A DNA stretch of 64,000 nt, from positions 5,552-69,551 of the forward strand of contig JAFRUN010000006.1 of the NCBI GenBank assembly GCA_017438865.1, given 5' to 3'. The number at the start of each line of letters is the position of its first letter. The first letter of the stretch is position 1. The translations under genes and the position numbers were made by a program. This stretch comes from Clostridia bacterium. GTDB lineage: Bacteria; Bacillota; Clostridia; Christensenellales; CAG-138. The notes beneath the pieces were generated by a model. The model had not been told where the DNA came from. It saw only the letters and a program-made list of their open reading frames with translations, and searched no databases. Below, piece after piece: positions 35,251-45,946 of the stretch.

Positions 35251-37137
35251 ATGGCAAATCTAAAGCTTTCCCATATCTACAAGGTCTATGATAATGGGCA
35301 CAAAGCGGTAAATGATTTTTCCATCGACATTGCAGACCGCGAGTTTATCGTTTTTGTCGGACCGTCGGGCTGTGGTAAATCCACCACGCTGCGCATGATC
35401 GCCGGTCTCGAAACGATCACCGCGGGCGACCTGCTGATCGGGGACACTCGGGTGAATGATATGGAGCCGAAGGACCGCGATATCGCGATGGTGTTCCAGA
35501 GCTATGCTTTGTATCCGCACATGACCGTGTACGAGAACATGGCGTTCGGTCTGAGAAACCGGAAGATGCCTGAGAAGGAAATCAAGGAACGTGTTTTGAA
35601 GGCAGCAAAGATCCTGGACATCGAGGATTATCTCGATCGCAAGCCGAAGGCAATGTCCGGCGGTCAGAGACAGCGTGTCGCGCTCGGCCGCGCACTGGTC
35701 CGCGACCCGAAGGTCTTCCTTCTGGACGAGCCGCTTTCGAACCTGGACGCAAAGCTCCGCGCAGCCATGCGTACAGAGATCACCGCTCTGCACAAAAGCT
35801 TAAACACGACGTTCATCTACGTTACGCACGACCAGGTCGAGGCAATGACCATGGGCACGCGCATCGTCGTCATGAAGCTCGGCTATGTGCAGCAGATCGA
35901 CACGCCGATGAACCTTTACAACGAGCCGTACAACAAGTTCGTTGCGGGCTTCATCGGAACGCCGCAGATGAACTTCTTCGACGTGGCGCTGAAGAGAGAG
36001 GGCGACGTTGTGAACGTGCTTTTCCCGAACGGCGACAACGTCGCGGTTCCGTACGAGAACGTGTCGAAGATCCATAACCATTATCTGAACGGCGACATCA
36101 CCGTTACGTTCGGTATCCGTCCGGAGCACATCAAGCTCAATAAAGAGGGACGCGGTCTGAAGTTCGTCGTTACCAACGTCGAGCGTCTGGGCAGCGATTC
36201 CATCATCTACGGCAAGCTCGGCGATCACCTCGGCGAGTTCACCATGAAGGACGAGGGCAACATGATCGTCGTTAAGGTGACCGACAGCAAGGGCATCGAG
36301 GTCGGCGACGTCGTGTATGCGGAGCCGGATCCGGAGAAGGTCCACTTCTTCGATGCGGAAACCGAAGTTACCCTGATGAACAAGATCCCGCCGTTCAATA
36401 CGCTGGAGGCCGAGATCGACGGCGACGGCATGACGGTTCTCAACACCAAGGTCGCGCTTCCGGATGCGTTCAAGAAGGCGCTCGGCGCAGCGGAACGCTT
36501 CGAGCTGATCGTTCCGCCGCATGCCATCGTGGAGGGCAACGATTTCGAGCTCAAGGTGACGCGCATCGAGAAGGTCGACAACGACCGGCTTGCGTACCTC
36601 GAGAACGGCGACAGCTATCTGTTTGCATTGGTCGGCGAGAACGTCCGCGAGGGCGATACCTACCGGTTCTCGTTTGAGAATGAAAAGCTGAACCTGAACG
36701 TGGAGGGCACGGAAGTTCTGAAGGCGGTCGACGACGAGGTTAACCTCATGGGTACGTTCTTCCGCAGGGAGCTCAAGGAAGGCCACGACCGTGTGCTGCA
36801 TTTCTTCTACAAGATCGGCGATTATACGCTGGAGACGGCGCCCGATCAGGGCTACAAGATCAACTCGATCGACGGCGACAACTGCTACAAGTACACATAC
36901 CGGTATGCGGTCAATCGCGACGCGGTCCGCATTGCGGAAGAGGGCGAAGCGGGACTCGAAGGCCGCGTCGTTGAATACTGCGATTACGGCAACGTCCGGT
37001 TCGCAAAGGTCAGCGCCGACGGTCAGGAATTCCTGATCAAGGTGGATCCTTCGTTCGACGCCGAAACGGTTCGTGTCGCAATGGACAGCGAGGACGTTTC
37101 CGTCTATTCGACCAGAATCGACATGAAGATCTGCTGA
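35251..37137 (+). CDS. MsmK/MalK-like sugar ABC ATPase with a roughly 250-aa C-terminal extension
   Basis: [28 protein letters not shown] and a TOBE-like regulatory domain up to about aa 378. After that come two further TOBE-like segments. Total length is 628 aa. Confidence 0.9.
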   Translation: MANLKLSHIYKVYDNGHKAVNDFSIDIADREFIVFVGPSGCGKSTTLRMIAGLETITAGDLLIGDTRVNDMEPKDRDIAMVFQSYALYPHMTVYENMAFGLRNRKMPEKEIKERVLKAAKILDIEDYLDRKPKAMSGGQRQRVALGRALVRDPKVFLLDEPLSNLDAKLRAAMRTEITALHKSLNTTFIYVTHDQVEAMTMGTRIVVMKLGYVQQIDTPMNLYNEPYNKFVAGFIGTPQMNFFDVALKREGDVVNVLFPNGDNVAVPYENVSKIHNHYLNGDITVTFGIRPEHIKLNKEGRGLKFVVTNVERLGSDSIIYGKLGDHLGEFTMKDEGNMIVVKVTDSKGIEVGDVVYAEPDPEKVHFFDAETEVTLMNKIPPFNTLEAEIDGDGMTVLNTKVALPDAFKKALGAAERFELIVPPHAIVEGNDFELKVTRIEKVDNDRLAYLENGDSYLFALVGENVREGDTYRFSFENEKLNLNVEGTEVLKAVDDEVNLMGTFFRRELKEGHDRVLHFFYKIGDYTLETAPDQGYKINSIDGDNCYKYTYRYAVNRDAVRIAEEGEAGLEGRVVEYCDYGNVRFAKVSADGQEFLIKVDPSFDAETVRVAMDSEDVSVYSTRIDMKIC

Positions 37138-37138
37138 C

Positions 37139-37786
37139 ATGAAGGCGGAGGTACAGGGAAAGACGATCGAGATCGAACCGAACTCCAAGCCGTATCTTCT
37201 GAAACGGATCATCGCGGACGGGTTCGATACGGTGCTGATCTTCGGACTGTTCATGCTGTTCACCGCGCTGATCATGCGGAGTCCCGCCGCGAATGTCTAC
37301 AACGGACATTACGAACGGTACGCCGCGATCGAGGAAGAAACGAAAGCCGCATACGGCAGCGACGCCGCGGCGATCACGGAAGCGCTGAACGGCAACCGCG
37401 AGTATCTCGACGAACGGTTTTCGGCAGAGCTGCACGGATATCTTCTGAAGGTGTCCGCAGGGCTTCTGGCAACATTCCCCGTTTTGCTGGCGACGCCGTT
37501 TCTGAACAGAAACCGCGCGACGCCGGGCAAGCTGATGACCGGGATCATGCCGTTCCACGAGCGCAGACAGAGACGGGCGGTCTGGTACCAGATCTTCTTT
37601 CGCTTCCTGTTCGTCTTTCTGATCGACTGTATGGGACTCTATCTGCTGACCGGCATATGGACGTTCGTTCTGGTACCGGTCCTGCGGCTCATCGAGATCC
37701 TGTGCAGCAGAAAGGACAAAACGATCCTTGACATGATGACAGGCGTTCTGATCATTGAAAAACTGTCTTACAACGGAATAAATTAG
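37139..37786 (+). CDS. RDD-family membrane protein
   Basis: KRIIADGFDTVLIF...NRATPGKLMTGI pattern. Starts 1 nt after the ATPase stop. Confidence 0.7.
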   Translation: MKAEVQGKTIEIEPNSKPYLLKRIIADGFDTVLIFGLFMLFTALIMRSPAANVYNGHYERYAAIEEETKAAYGSDAAAITEALNGNREYLDERFSAELHGYLLKVSAGLLATFPVLLATPFLNRNRATPGKLMTGIMPFHERRQRRAVWYQIFFRFLFVFLIDCMGLYLLTGIWTFVLVPVLRLIEILCSRKDKTILDMMTGVLIIEKLSYNGIN

Positions 37787-37808
37787 TTCTGATATGGAGG
37801 AAATCAAA

Positions 37809-39302
37809 ATGAAGAAACTGATCGTTTGTATACTGGTTCTGGCTTTGGCAGCTTCGCTGTTCGTCGGCTGCGGCGGCAATGAGACCGCGCCCGTCGAAGG
37901 CGGTCAGCAGCAACAGCAGGGACAGCAGCAACAGCAGCCGTCGAAGGCGAACGACGACGGAATGATCCGCGTCTGGGTAGGCGAGGAATCCGCCGAGTTT
38001 TATCAGAAGGCATGCGACGAATACGTTGCCGCGCATCCGGATTTCGGATACAAAATCGAAGTAAAGGGCATGGACACCGGCTCTATCGCGGGTACGATCA
38101 CCAACGATCCGACCGCCGCGGCGGACATCTATACGGTCGCACACGATAACATCGGCAAGCTCGCCGCAACGCAGTGCGCAAAGCCCATCACGAACGAGGC
38201 GCTGCATGCGCAGGTCCTGGCGGACAATCCGGAATCGTTCCAGAAGGTCATCTATTCCAATCTGAACGGCACGAAGTACCTCTACGGCGTCCCGTACATT
38301 TCTCAGGCACTGTTCCTCTACTACAACAAGGCGCTCGTGACCGAAACGCAGGCGCAGACCTTTGAAGGCCTGCAGGAGGCCGCAAAGGCGGCGGGCTGCA
38401 AGGCGATCACGGTCACCGGCGACGACGGCTTCAATATGTCGTTCGCGCTGCTCGCAACGAGAGCAAGCGATCATGCGACCACGGTCAAGATCTATGAAGG
38501 CGCTGAACCGCAGTCGGGCGGCAGCAAGGGCGAAAGCAACTGCCAGGGCGACGACACCGTGGCGATCTATCGCTGGCTGCAGGCGTTTGCGGCGGATCCG
38601 AACGGCTTCAAGTGGGCTTCTCCGGACGGCTGGGACGCGGACCTCGATAAGAACAATCAGGGCGTTCTCGCTGTCATCGGCGGTGCATGGCATTACAACA
38701 CCGCAAAGGCGGCGCTCGGCGAGTCGAACCTGGGCATCGCGCTCATTCCGACGTTCACGCTGACGGCGGAAGCGTGCGAAGGCCTCAGCGGCGTCAAGGC
38801 GGGCGACATCTATCGCGGCGGCACGTTTGCGGACTGCAAGTGCTTCATGATCAACGCAAACTCCGCGGCGAGCAAGTATGCGAAGGAGCAGGAGCTGATC
38901 GCGTACATGGCGAGCAAGGACGTCCAGAACGCTTCGTACCTCGAGTGCATGAACGTTCCGGCATACGTCGGCGCGGCGACCTTCATCAAGCAGTGCTTTG
39001 ACGAGGGCAAGGTCACCGAGAGCCAGTACAACCTGGCGGCAATGCAGGTCAGCATGGCGGAATGGGGCATCCCGCAGCCGTTCGTGACCGGTACGCTCAA
39101 CACGTACTACTACTCCAAGAACGCGCCGGCAGTCTTCCGCGCGATCATCGACAAGACCGCTTACCCGACCACCGGCGACAAGATCCTTGACGAAACGGAA
39201 TCCCTCGCGGGCATTCGCAAGGCGCTGTATCTGGCCGAATATCTGTGGATGCACGGCGTGAATCCGAAGGAGTTCCCGGCAAATCTTCCGGATAAAGCTT
39301 AA
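37809..39302 (+). CDS. Sugar (maltodextrin-type) ABC transporter substrate-binding lipoprotein
   Basis: Lipobox LFVGCGG. Gln-rich linker. Extracellular solute-binding family 1-like sequence. Confidence 0.85.
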   Translation: MKKLIVCILVLALAASLFVGCGGNETAPVEGGQQQQQGQQQQQPSKANDDGMIRVWVGEESAEFYQKACDEYVAAHPDFGYKIEVKGMDTGSIAGTITNDPTAAADIYTVAHDNIGKLAATQCAKPITNEALHAQVLADNPESFQKVIYSNLNGTKYLYGVPYISQALFLYYNKALVTETQAQTFEGLQEAAKAAGCKAITVTGDDGFNMSFALLATRASDHATTVKIYEGAEPQSGGSKGESNCQGDDTVAIYRWLQAFAADPNGFKWASPDGWDADLDKNNQGVLAVIGGAWHYNTAKAALGESNLGIALIPTFTLTAEACEGLSGVKAGDIYRGGTFADCKCFMINANSAASKYAKEQELIAYMASKDVQNASYLECMNVPAYVGAATFIKQCFDEGKVTESQYNLAAMQVSMAEWGIPQPFVTGTLNTYYYSKNAPAVFRAIIDKTAYPTTGDKILDETESLAGIRKALYLAEYLWMHGVNPKEFPANLPDKA

Positions 39303-39362
39303 TGAGAAGAGGATTATTGTTCGATTTCCAAACGCTATTAAACTCGATATGGGGGAAAAATC

Positions 39363-40814
39363 ATGGATTCTAAATCAAAAAAAGATCCAAAGATGAAATC
39401 GAATATCTTCAGTCCCATAGGCAAGTTTTTCAAGAACATCAAGAGAATGTTTTTAAGCGGCTCCGTCGGGACAAAGCTTTCGTATCTCATCTTCGGTGCG
39501 GGCAATCTCTATCATAAGCAGTATATCAAGGGCGCGATCTTCCTGCTGCTGCAGGTCGCGATCATCCTGTTTATGGTACTCTGTCCGTCCATCAACGGCA
39601 CGCCCTACGGCTACAAGGCACTGGCGAATCTGAGTCTCAAGAATGTGTCCGAGGGCGGCGACTTCGATCCCTTGACCGGTCACTTTACGACCGGCTCCGA
39701 CTGCAAGCTGATGATCCTGTTCGGCTTCGTTACCATCGCGGTGATCGTGATCTACTTCATCCTTTGGTACAAGAACATCCAGTCCTCCTTCAAGGCGGAC
39801 ATGGATAAGAAGATCGGCAAAAAGCCGACCACCTTCCGTGAGGATCTTGCGTCGCTGTTCGATCAGAAGTTCCACATCACGATGCTGACGCCGACCTGCA
39901 TTGCGGCGCTGATATTCACGGTTCTGCCGACGATCTTCATGATCGCGCTGGCGTTCACGACCTACAACGACCAGGATATGAACAACCTGGGCACCAAGCT
40001 GTTCCATTGGAACGGGGTACAGAACTTCGCGGCGGTCTTCACCGGAGAGGGCTCGCTCGGCGTCGAGATCAAGAACCGCTTCCTTCCGGTCCTCGGATGG
40101 ACGTTCATCTGGGCGATCTTCGCAACGCTGAGCTGCTACTTCGGCGGCATCATTCTGGCGCTTCTCATCAACAAGAAGGGCCTGAAGGGCAAGAAGATCT
40201 TCCGTACCGTCTTCATCATGACGATCGCGGTCCCGCAGTTCATCTCCCTGCTGGCTGTGCGCAACCTTCTCGGTGAGTACGGTCCATTCAATACGATGCT
40301 CCAGAACCTCGGCTGGACCACACAGCCGATCGGCTTCCTCGGACAGAAACCGGGGGACAGCGAATTGCTCGCCAAGGTAATGGTCATCATCGTGAACATG
40401 TGGGTGGGCATACCCTATACGATGCTGATGACATCGGGCATCCTGATGAACATCCCGGCGGATCTCTACGAGGCGGCGCGCGTCGACGGCGCGTCCACGA
40501 CGAAGATGTTCTTCAAGATCACGCTGCCGTACGTCATCTTCATTACGACACCGTACCTGATCTCCAGCTTCGTAGGGAACATCAACTCCTTCAACACCAT
40601 CTACCTGCTGACCGGCGGCGGACCGACCTACACCGGCTATCAGGCGGGCGGTACCGACCTGTTGGTGACCTGGCTGTATAAGGTAACGATCGATCAGGGC
40701 TCCTATAACACGGGCGCCGTCATCGGTATCTTTACCTTCCTGATCACGGCAACGATCACGCTGATCACCTACCGCCGGAGCAAAGCATATAACGAGGAGG
40801 ACACGTTCCAATGA
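39363..40814 (+). CDS. Sugar ABC transporter permease (MalF-like)
   Basis: Polytopic, with the EAA loop region EAARVDGAS. MKSNIF at 39393 is an alternative start. Confidence 0.9.
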   Translation: MDSKSKKDPKMKSNIFSPIGKFFKNIKRMFLSGSVGTKLSYLIFGAGNLYHKQYIKGAIFLLLQVAIILFMVLCPSINGTPYGYKALANLSLKNVSEGGDFDPLTGHFTTGSDCKLMILFGFVTIAVIVIYFILWYKNIQSSFKADMDKKIGKKPTTFREDLASLFDQKFHITMLTPTCIAALIFTVLPTIFMIALAFTTYNDQDMNNLGTKLFHWNGVQNFAAVFTGEGSLGVEIKNRFLPVLGWTFIWAIFATLSCYFGGIILALLINKKGLKGKKIFRTVFIMTIAVPQFISLLAVRNLLGEYGPFNTMLQNLGWTTQPIGFLGQKPGDSELLAKVMVIIVNMWVGIPYTMLMTSGILMNIPADLYEAARVDGASTTKMFFKITLPYVIFITTPYLISSFVGNINSFNTIYLLTGGGPTYTGYQAGGTDLLVTWLYKVTIDQGSYNTGAVIGIFTFLITATITLITYRRSKAYNEEDTFQ

Positions 40815-41746
40815 GTACTATTGTTCGTCCGAAAAGAGTTCAGAGTCAGTCCAGAAACCGCAGAGTCAGTTTGGGCGTGACCTACACGATCCTGGTGCTG
40901 ATGAGCATCATCTGGCTCGTTCCGCTGATCTGGATCATCCTTTCCGCATTCCGGTGCGAGTATCAGCTGGACGGCACGTTTATCGGCCGTGTTACCAGTA
41001 ACTTCTTCCCGAAGCAGTTCGGATTCAAAAACTTCTCCGATCTGTTTACGGCGACCTATTACGGCGTGCCCAAGGCGTTCCCGAGATGGATGCTGAACAC
41101 GTTGATCATCGCTGTGATCGACTGTCTCATTTCCACCTTCCTCGTTCTGTCGGTGGCATACTGTATGTCCAAGCTGAAGTTCAAGCTCCGCAAGCCGTTC
41201 ATGAACATCACGATGATCATCGGTCTGTTCCCCGGCTTCATGAGCATGATCGCGATCTACTTCCTGTTGAAGTCCATCGGTCTCACGGGCAATCCGCAGC
41301 ATCCCGAATACTCGGTGATCGGTCTGATTCTTGCCTACAGCGCCGGCGCGGGACTCGGATTCCAGATCGCGAAGGGCTTCTTCGACGTCATTCCGAACGC
41401 GCTCGTCGAGTCCGCAAAGCTGGACGGCTGCACGAACTTCAAGATCTTCCGGCGGATCATCCTTCCGCTTGCAAAGCCGATCATCATCTATCAGGCGCTG
41501 ATGAGCTTCACCGGTCCGTGGATGGACTTCATCTTTGCAAAGGTCATCATCGGTGCAGACAACCCGAAGTTCTGGACCGTCTCGGTCGGTCTGTACTCGC
41601 TGCTGTTCGGTACGCATCCGGACACCAACCTGTTCACACAGTTCGCTGCGGGCTGCGTCATCGTTGCGATCCCGATCGTCACGCTGTTCATGTTCCTGCA
41701 GAAGTACTATGTAGAGGGCGTCACCGCAGGCGCGGTCAAGGGTTAA
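40811..41746 (+). CDS. Sugar ABC transporter permease (MalG-like)
   Basis: EAA loop ESAKLDGCT. 4-nt overlap with the upstream permease. Confidence 0.9.
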   Translation: MSTIVRPKRVQSQSRNRRVSLGVTYTILVLMSIIWLVPLIWIILSAFRCEYQLDGTFIGRVTSNFFPKQFGFKNFSDLFTATYYGVPKAFPRWMLNTLIIAVIDCLISTFLVLSVAYCMSKLKFKLRKPFMNITMIIGLFPGFMSMIAIYFLLKSIGLTGNPQHPEYSVIGLILAYSAGAGLGFQIAKGFFDVIPNALVESAKLDGCTNFKIFRRIILPLAKPIIIYQALMSFTGPWMDFIFAKVIIGADNPKFWTVSVGLYSLLFGTHPDTNLFTQFAAGCVIVAIPIVTLFMFLQKYYVEGVTAGAVKG

Positions 41747-41765
41747 TTCCCGAAAACAATCAAAC

Positions 41766-41795
41766 AAAAAACGGACGGATTTCCGTCCGTTTTTT
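41766..41795 (+). terminator. Rho-independent terminator
   Basis: ACGGACGG-ATTT-CCGTCCGT-TTTTT. Confidence 0.8.
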
Positions 41796-41874
41796 GCGTT
41801 TCCGGGTTTTCCGCCTTGTTTCGGGGCACGAAACATGGTATAATCATACAACAAACCATCGGAGGTCCGTGTTG

Positions 41875-44262
41875 ATGAAAAAACTCTCAGACGGATGGGA
41901 ATTTACGCCGGTCTGGACGAACGCTTTCCGGCTCGGCGAAGGCGAGGGCGAGCCGGTCCGTCTGCCGCATAATCCCAGATCGATCCCGCAGCACTATGCG
42001 GGGCCGGAGGATTACGAGGGCGTGTACGGCTACCGCAGAACGCTCCCGCTCGACGAATCGATGCGCGAAAAGCGGCTCTTTCTGCAGTTCGACGGCGCGG
42101 CGCATATCGCGACGGTCTATGTGAACGGCAAAGAGCTTACCACGCACCGCACCGGCTACACGGCGTTTCGCGTCGAGATCACGAACGACGTGCGGCTTGA
42201 CGGCACGGACCTTGTCGCCGTGCGGCTGGATTCCGCGGAGAATCCCGAGATTCCGCCGTTCGGCTATGTCATCGACTACCTGACCTACGGCGGCCTGTAC
42301 CGCGACGTCTGGCTCGACGTGCGAAACGATACCTGCCTCGCAAACGTGTTTGTCGAGACGCCGAATCTGCATACCGCAAAGGTGCAGAGCACCGTTTCGG
42401 GCGAAGCGTCCGTGATCCGCCAGCGCGTGCTGGACGGCGCGGGGGCGTGCATCGCGCAGAACGCCGACGCATATTCCGACGCGGTGATCGCCGCGCCGGA
42501 GGGACTGTTCGTGTGGACGACGACCGTGCATGTGCCGGACGCGCAGCCGTGGACCTGCGAAACGCCGAACCTCTATACGCTGGAAACGACGCTGTATGAC
42601 GCAGAGATGCAGGAACAGGACGTCGTTTTGACGCGCTTCGGCTTCCGCACCGCAGAGTTTAAGAAGGACGGCTTTTATCTGAACGGCCTCCGCACGTTTC
42701 TGCGCGGACTCGACCGCCATCAGGCATACCCGTACATGGGTTACGCCGCGCCGAAGCGGCTTCAGCGCGAGGACGCGCGTATCCTGAAAGAGGAGCTTTG
42801 CTGCAACGCGGTGCGCACGTCGCATTATCCGCAGAGTCAGTATTTCATCGACGCCTGTGACGAGCTCGGACTTCTGGTGTTCACGGAGATCCCCGGCTGG
42901 CAGCACATCGGCGACGAGGCATGGCAGCGGCAGGCGATCGACAACGTGCGCGAAATGGTCCTCCAGTACCGCAACCATCCGTCGATCGTGCTGTGGGGCG
43001 TCCGCATCAACGAGAGCCGCGACGACGACGCGTTCTATGAGAAGACCAACGCGCTCGCACACTTTCTCGATCCGTCGCGCGCGACCTCCGGCGTGCGGTA
43101 TCTCGTGAAGAGTCATCTTCTGGAGGACGTCTATGCCTACAACGACTTCAAGCCGTTCGCGTTCGACGATCCGATCCGCAAAAAGGACAAGATCACGCCC
43201 GATCCTGAAAAGGCGTTCCTGATCTCCGAGCATTCGGGGCATATGTTCCCGACCAAGTCCTTCGATCCGTGGAGCAAACGGCAGACGCATGCCCTGCGCC
43301 ATGCAAGAACGCTCGATGCGGCGATGGCGTCGGGGGAGCACGCGGGCTGTTTCGGCTGGTGCATGTTCGATTATCCCACGCACAAGGACTTTGGCTCCGG
43401 CGACCGCGTGTGCTATCACGGTGTGCTGGACGCATTCCGCAATCCGAAGCTCGCCGCATACGCCTACGCAAGCCAGGGCGACGAAAAACCGGTGCTTGCG
43501 CTCGGTACGCCGATGTGCATCGGCGACTATCCGGCGGGCGAGCTCGGCGAGATCTGGGCGTTCACGAACGCCGAACGCGTCGCGCTGTATAAGAACGACA
43601 AGCTCGTCAGAATCTTCAGGCCGGAGCCGTGGAAAGGGCTCGGGCACCCGCCGGTGAAGGTCGACGATCTCATCGGCCAGCTTCTGATCAGCGAGGAAGG
43701 CATCACCGGAAAGAAGGAGGAGCTGCTGCACCGCGAGCTTCTGGCGGCGGCGAAATACGGGATCGACAGGATGCCGCTTGCCGACAAACTGCGCATGCTG
43801 TACTGCATGAAGCGGTATCGTCTCAGCTGGGCGGACGGCGAGGAGCTGTACGGCAAATATGTCGGCAACTGGGGCGGCACGGCGACCGAATGGCGGTTCG
43901 ACGCGCTGGACGGCGACCGCGTCACGGCGTCGGTGCTTTGCAGCCCGAGCAAAAAACTGCGTCTCGAGGTCAAGGTCAGTTCGACCGATCTAAAAGAGGG
44001 CGACGGCTACGACGCGGCGGCGGTTCGCGTGCGGCTGCTCGACGGCAACGGCAATCCCGCCCCGTACGCGCAGATTCCGGTCCGCTTTACGGTTTCCGGC
44101 GGTCTCGCGCTCATCGGACCGGACGTCGCGACCGCGGAGGGCGGCATGACCGGAACGTACGTGAAGACCGTCGGACACGGCGGCGAAGGCGTTTTAACGG
44201 TATCGACGGAGCAGACGGCTCCGGTGACCGTTCACTTTACCATTCAGATGCAAGGAGAATAA
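41875..44262 (+). CDS. Glycoside hydrolase family 2 (beta-galactosidase/beta-glucuronidase-like)
   Basis: True start is MKKLSDGWEF, with GGAGG upstream and a TGGTATAAT extended -10 at 41835-41843. Motifs FLQFDGAAHIATVYVNG and NAVRTSHYPQSQYFIDACDELGLLVFTEIPGW. The track ORF from 41086 is an out-of-context extension. Confidence 0.85.
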   Translation: MKKLSDGWEFTPVWTNAFRLGEGEGEPVRLPHNPRSIPQHYAGPEDYEGVYGYRRTLPLDESMREKRLFLQFDGAAHIATVYVNGKELTTHRTGYTAFRVEITNDVRLDGTDLVAVRLDSAENPEIPPFGYVIDYLTYGGLYRDVWLDVRNDTCLANVFVETPNLHTAKVQSTVSGEASVIRQRVLDGAGACIAQNADAYSDAVIAAPEGLFVWTTTVHVPDAQPWTCETPNLYTLETTLYDAEMQEQDVVLTRFGFRTAEFKKDGFYLNGLRTFLRGLDRHQAYPYMGYAAPKRLQREDARILKEELCCNAVRTSHYPQSQYFIDACDELGLLVFTEIPGWQHIGDEAWQRQAIDNVREMVLQYRNHPSIVLWGVRINESRDDDAFYEKTNALAHFLDPSRATSGVRYLVKSHLLEDVYAYNDFKPFAFDDPIRKKDKITPDPEKAFLISEHSGHMFPTKSFDPWSKRQTHALRHARTLDAAMASGEHAGCFGWCMFDYPTHKDFGSGDRVCYHGVLDAFRNPKLAAYAYASQGDEKPVLALGTPMCIGDYPAGELGEIWAFTNAERVALYKNDKLVRIFRPEPWKGLGHPPVKVDDLIGQLLISEEGITGKKEELLHRELLAAAKYGIDRMPLADKLRMLYCMKRYRLSWADGEELYGKYVGNWGGTATEWRFDALDGDRVTASVLCSPSKKLRLEVKVSSTDLKEGDGYDAAAVRVRLLDGNGNPAPYAQIPVRFTVSGGLALIGPDVATAEGGMTGTYVKTVGHGGEGVLTVSTEQTAPVTVHFTIQMQGE

Positions 44263-44278
44263 GGGAGGAGAAAACCGC

Positions 44279-45892
44279 ATGATCATCAAAGCATTCGAGC
44301 ATAACTTCGCCGTTCCCGAACTGAAATGGCGCGTGGAAACCGAAGACGGAGAGGTCTTCACGGGCAGCGAAAAACTGACCGGCTGCGTCCGCGTGAACGT
44401 TCCGCTGAAAAACGCGAAGCTGAAATCCGTCACGGCGACGGCGGCGCTGCCGTGCCTCGAAACGACGCACATCTTTCACAACGGCTATCAGAACTGGACG
44501 TACAGCCCCGAGTACGACAGTACCGGACGCACGCGTGGTTTGAAGCATCTGCCGTGTTTTCTGCGCGGCGCGTTTCAGATCAACCGCTACGGCGACTATC
44601 ATTTCGTGAAATACCCGTACAAAAAGGGCGTCACGCACGGCGAATCGTGGTTCTACCTCCGCGACGGCGCCGCATTCCGGCTGCTCGGCTCGCTCGACGA
44701 GATCCCCGGCTATACGCTGTTCACCTACAACGCGAACACGAACGAGCTGAAGCTCGAGCGCGACTGCAAGGGCGTGCGCGTTGACGGCGAATTCCACGCG
44801 TTCGATCTCTATTACGCGCTCGGTTCGGAAAAGGAGGTCTTCGACGGATGGTTCTCCGCGATGGACGTGCATCCGCTGACCGACAAAAAACAGTTCGGCT
44901 ATTCGAGCTGGTACAACCGCTATCAGGACATCAACGACGCGACGATCGCGGACGATCTCGCGGGCGCAAAGACGCTGCTCCGGCCCGGAGATCTCTTCCA
45001 GATCGACGACGGCTGGGAGACTGCGGTCGGCGACTGGCTTGTGCCGGACGAAAAGAAATTCCCGAACGGACTCAAAAACGCCGCGGATGCGATCCATGAG
45101 GCGGGCTTCCGCGCGGGGCTCTGGCTTGCGCCGTTTGTTTGTCAGAAGGGCTCCAAGCTCGCGGAGCAGCATCCGGACTGGCTGTTAAAGCACAAGGGCA
45201 GGCCGTGGTCGAACGGCTCGAACTGGGGCGGCTTCTATTCGCTCGACATCGACAATCCGGAGGTCGTCGCCTATGTGCAGGCGTTCCTCGACCGCGTGCT
45301 GAACGAATGGGGCTTCGACCTCGTCAAGCTCGACTTCCTCTACGGCGCGGCGCCGTTCGGCACCGAGACCGAATCGAGGGCGGCGCGGATGTGCCGCGCG
45401 ATGAACATCCTGCGCAAAGCGTGCCGCGGAAAGCAGATATTGGGCTGCGGCGTGCCGCTCTGGCCGGCGTTCGGCATCGTGGAATACTGTCGCGTGGGCT
45501 GCGACGTCGGTCTCGACTGGAACGACACGAAGATCATGCAGGCAACGCATCGCGAACGCGTTTCGACCAAGCAGTCCATCGAGGACACGACCTTCCGCCG
45601 CGAGCTCACCGGACGCGCGTTCATGGGCGATCCCGACGTGTTCTTCCTGCGCGAAGGCAACTGCAAACTCCTGCCGGAGGAAAAGGAAAAGCTCTTTACC
45701 GTCAATGCACTTTTGGGCGGCATGCTGCTGACCTCCGACGCGCTGAACACCTATACCGACGCGCAGAAGGAACAGTTCGGATACGTCCGCGATCTTTTGG
45801 AGCGTGCGACCGACGTCACGGTCGATGCGGACGACGGCATCGTTCTGCATTGGACGTTCGACGGCGAGCGGAAGGAACTGCGGATCATGTAA
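44279..45892 (+). CDS. Alpha-galactosidase-like glycoside hydrolase (GH36/melibiase fold)
   Basis: FQIDDGWETAVGDW, KKFPNGL, GLWLAPF and VKLDFLY. Confidence 0.7.
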   Translation: MIIKAFEHNFAVPELKWRVETEDGEVFTGSEKLTGCVRVNVPLKNAKLKSVTATAALPCLETTHIFHNGYQNWTYSPEYDSTGRTRGLKHLPCFLRGAFQINRYGDYHFVKYPYKKGVTHGESWFYLRDGAAFRLLGSLDEIPGYTLFTYNANTNELKLERDCKGVRVDGEFHAFDLYYALGSEKEVFDGWFSAMDVHPLTDKKQFGYSSWYNRYQDINDATIADDLAGAKTLLRPGDLFQIDDGWETAVGDWLVPDEKKFPNGLKNAADAIHEAGFRAGLWLAPFVCQKGSKLAEQHPDWLLKHKGRPWSNGSNWGGFYSLDIDNPEVVAYVQAFLDRVLNEWGFDLVKLDFLYGAAPFGTETESRAARMCRAMNILRKACRGKQILGCGVPLWPAFGIVEYCRVGCDVGLDWNDTKIMQATHRERVSTKQSIEDTTFRRELTGRAFMGDPDVFFLREGNCKLLPEEKEKLFTVNALLGGMLLTSDALNTYTDAQKEQFGYVRDLLERATDVTVDADDGIVLHWTFDGERKELRIM

Positions 45893-45907
45893 GCACGGAA
45901 CAAAGAA

Positions 45908-45939
45908 GCGCCCCGCAAAAAGCGGGGCGCTGTATTTTT
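45908..45939. terminator. Bidirectional terminator
   Basis: GCGCCCCGC-AAAAA-GCGGGGCGC followed by TGTATTTTT. Confidence 0.75.
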
Positions 45940-45946
45940 GACGGGG

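Noticed and set aside
41086-41874. Upstream extension of the GH2 ORF giving 1058 aa
   Set aside because: The extension runs through the MalG-like permease gene, a terminator and a promoter, and translates to Arg/His-rich junk. The real start is MKKLSDGWEF at 41875, preceded by GGAGG and an extended -10.
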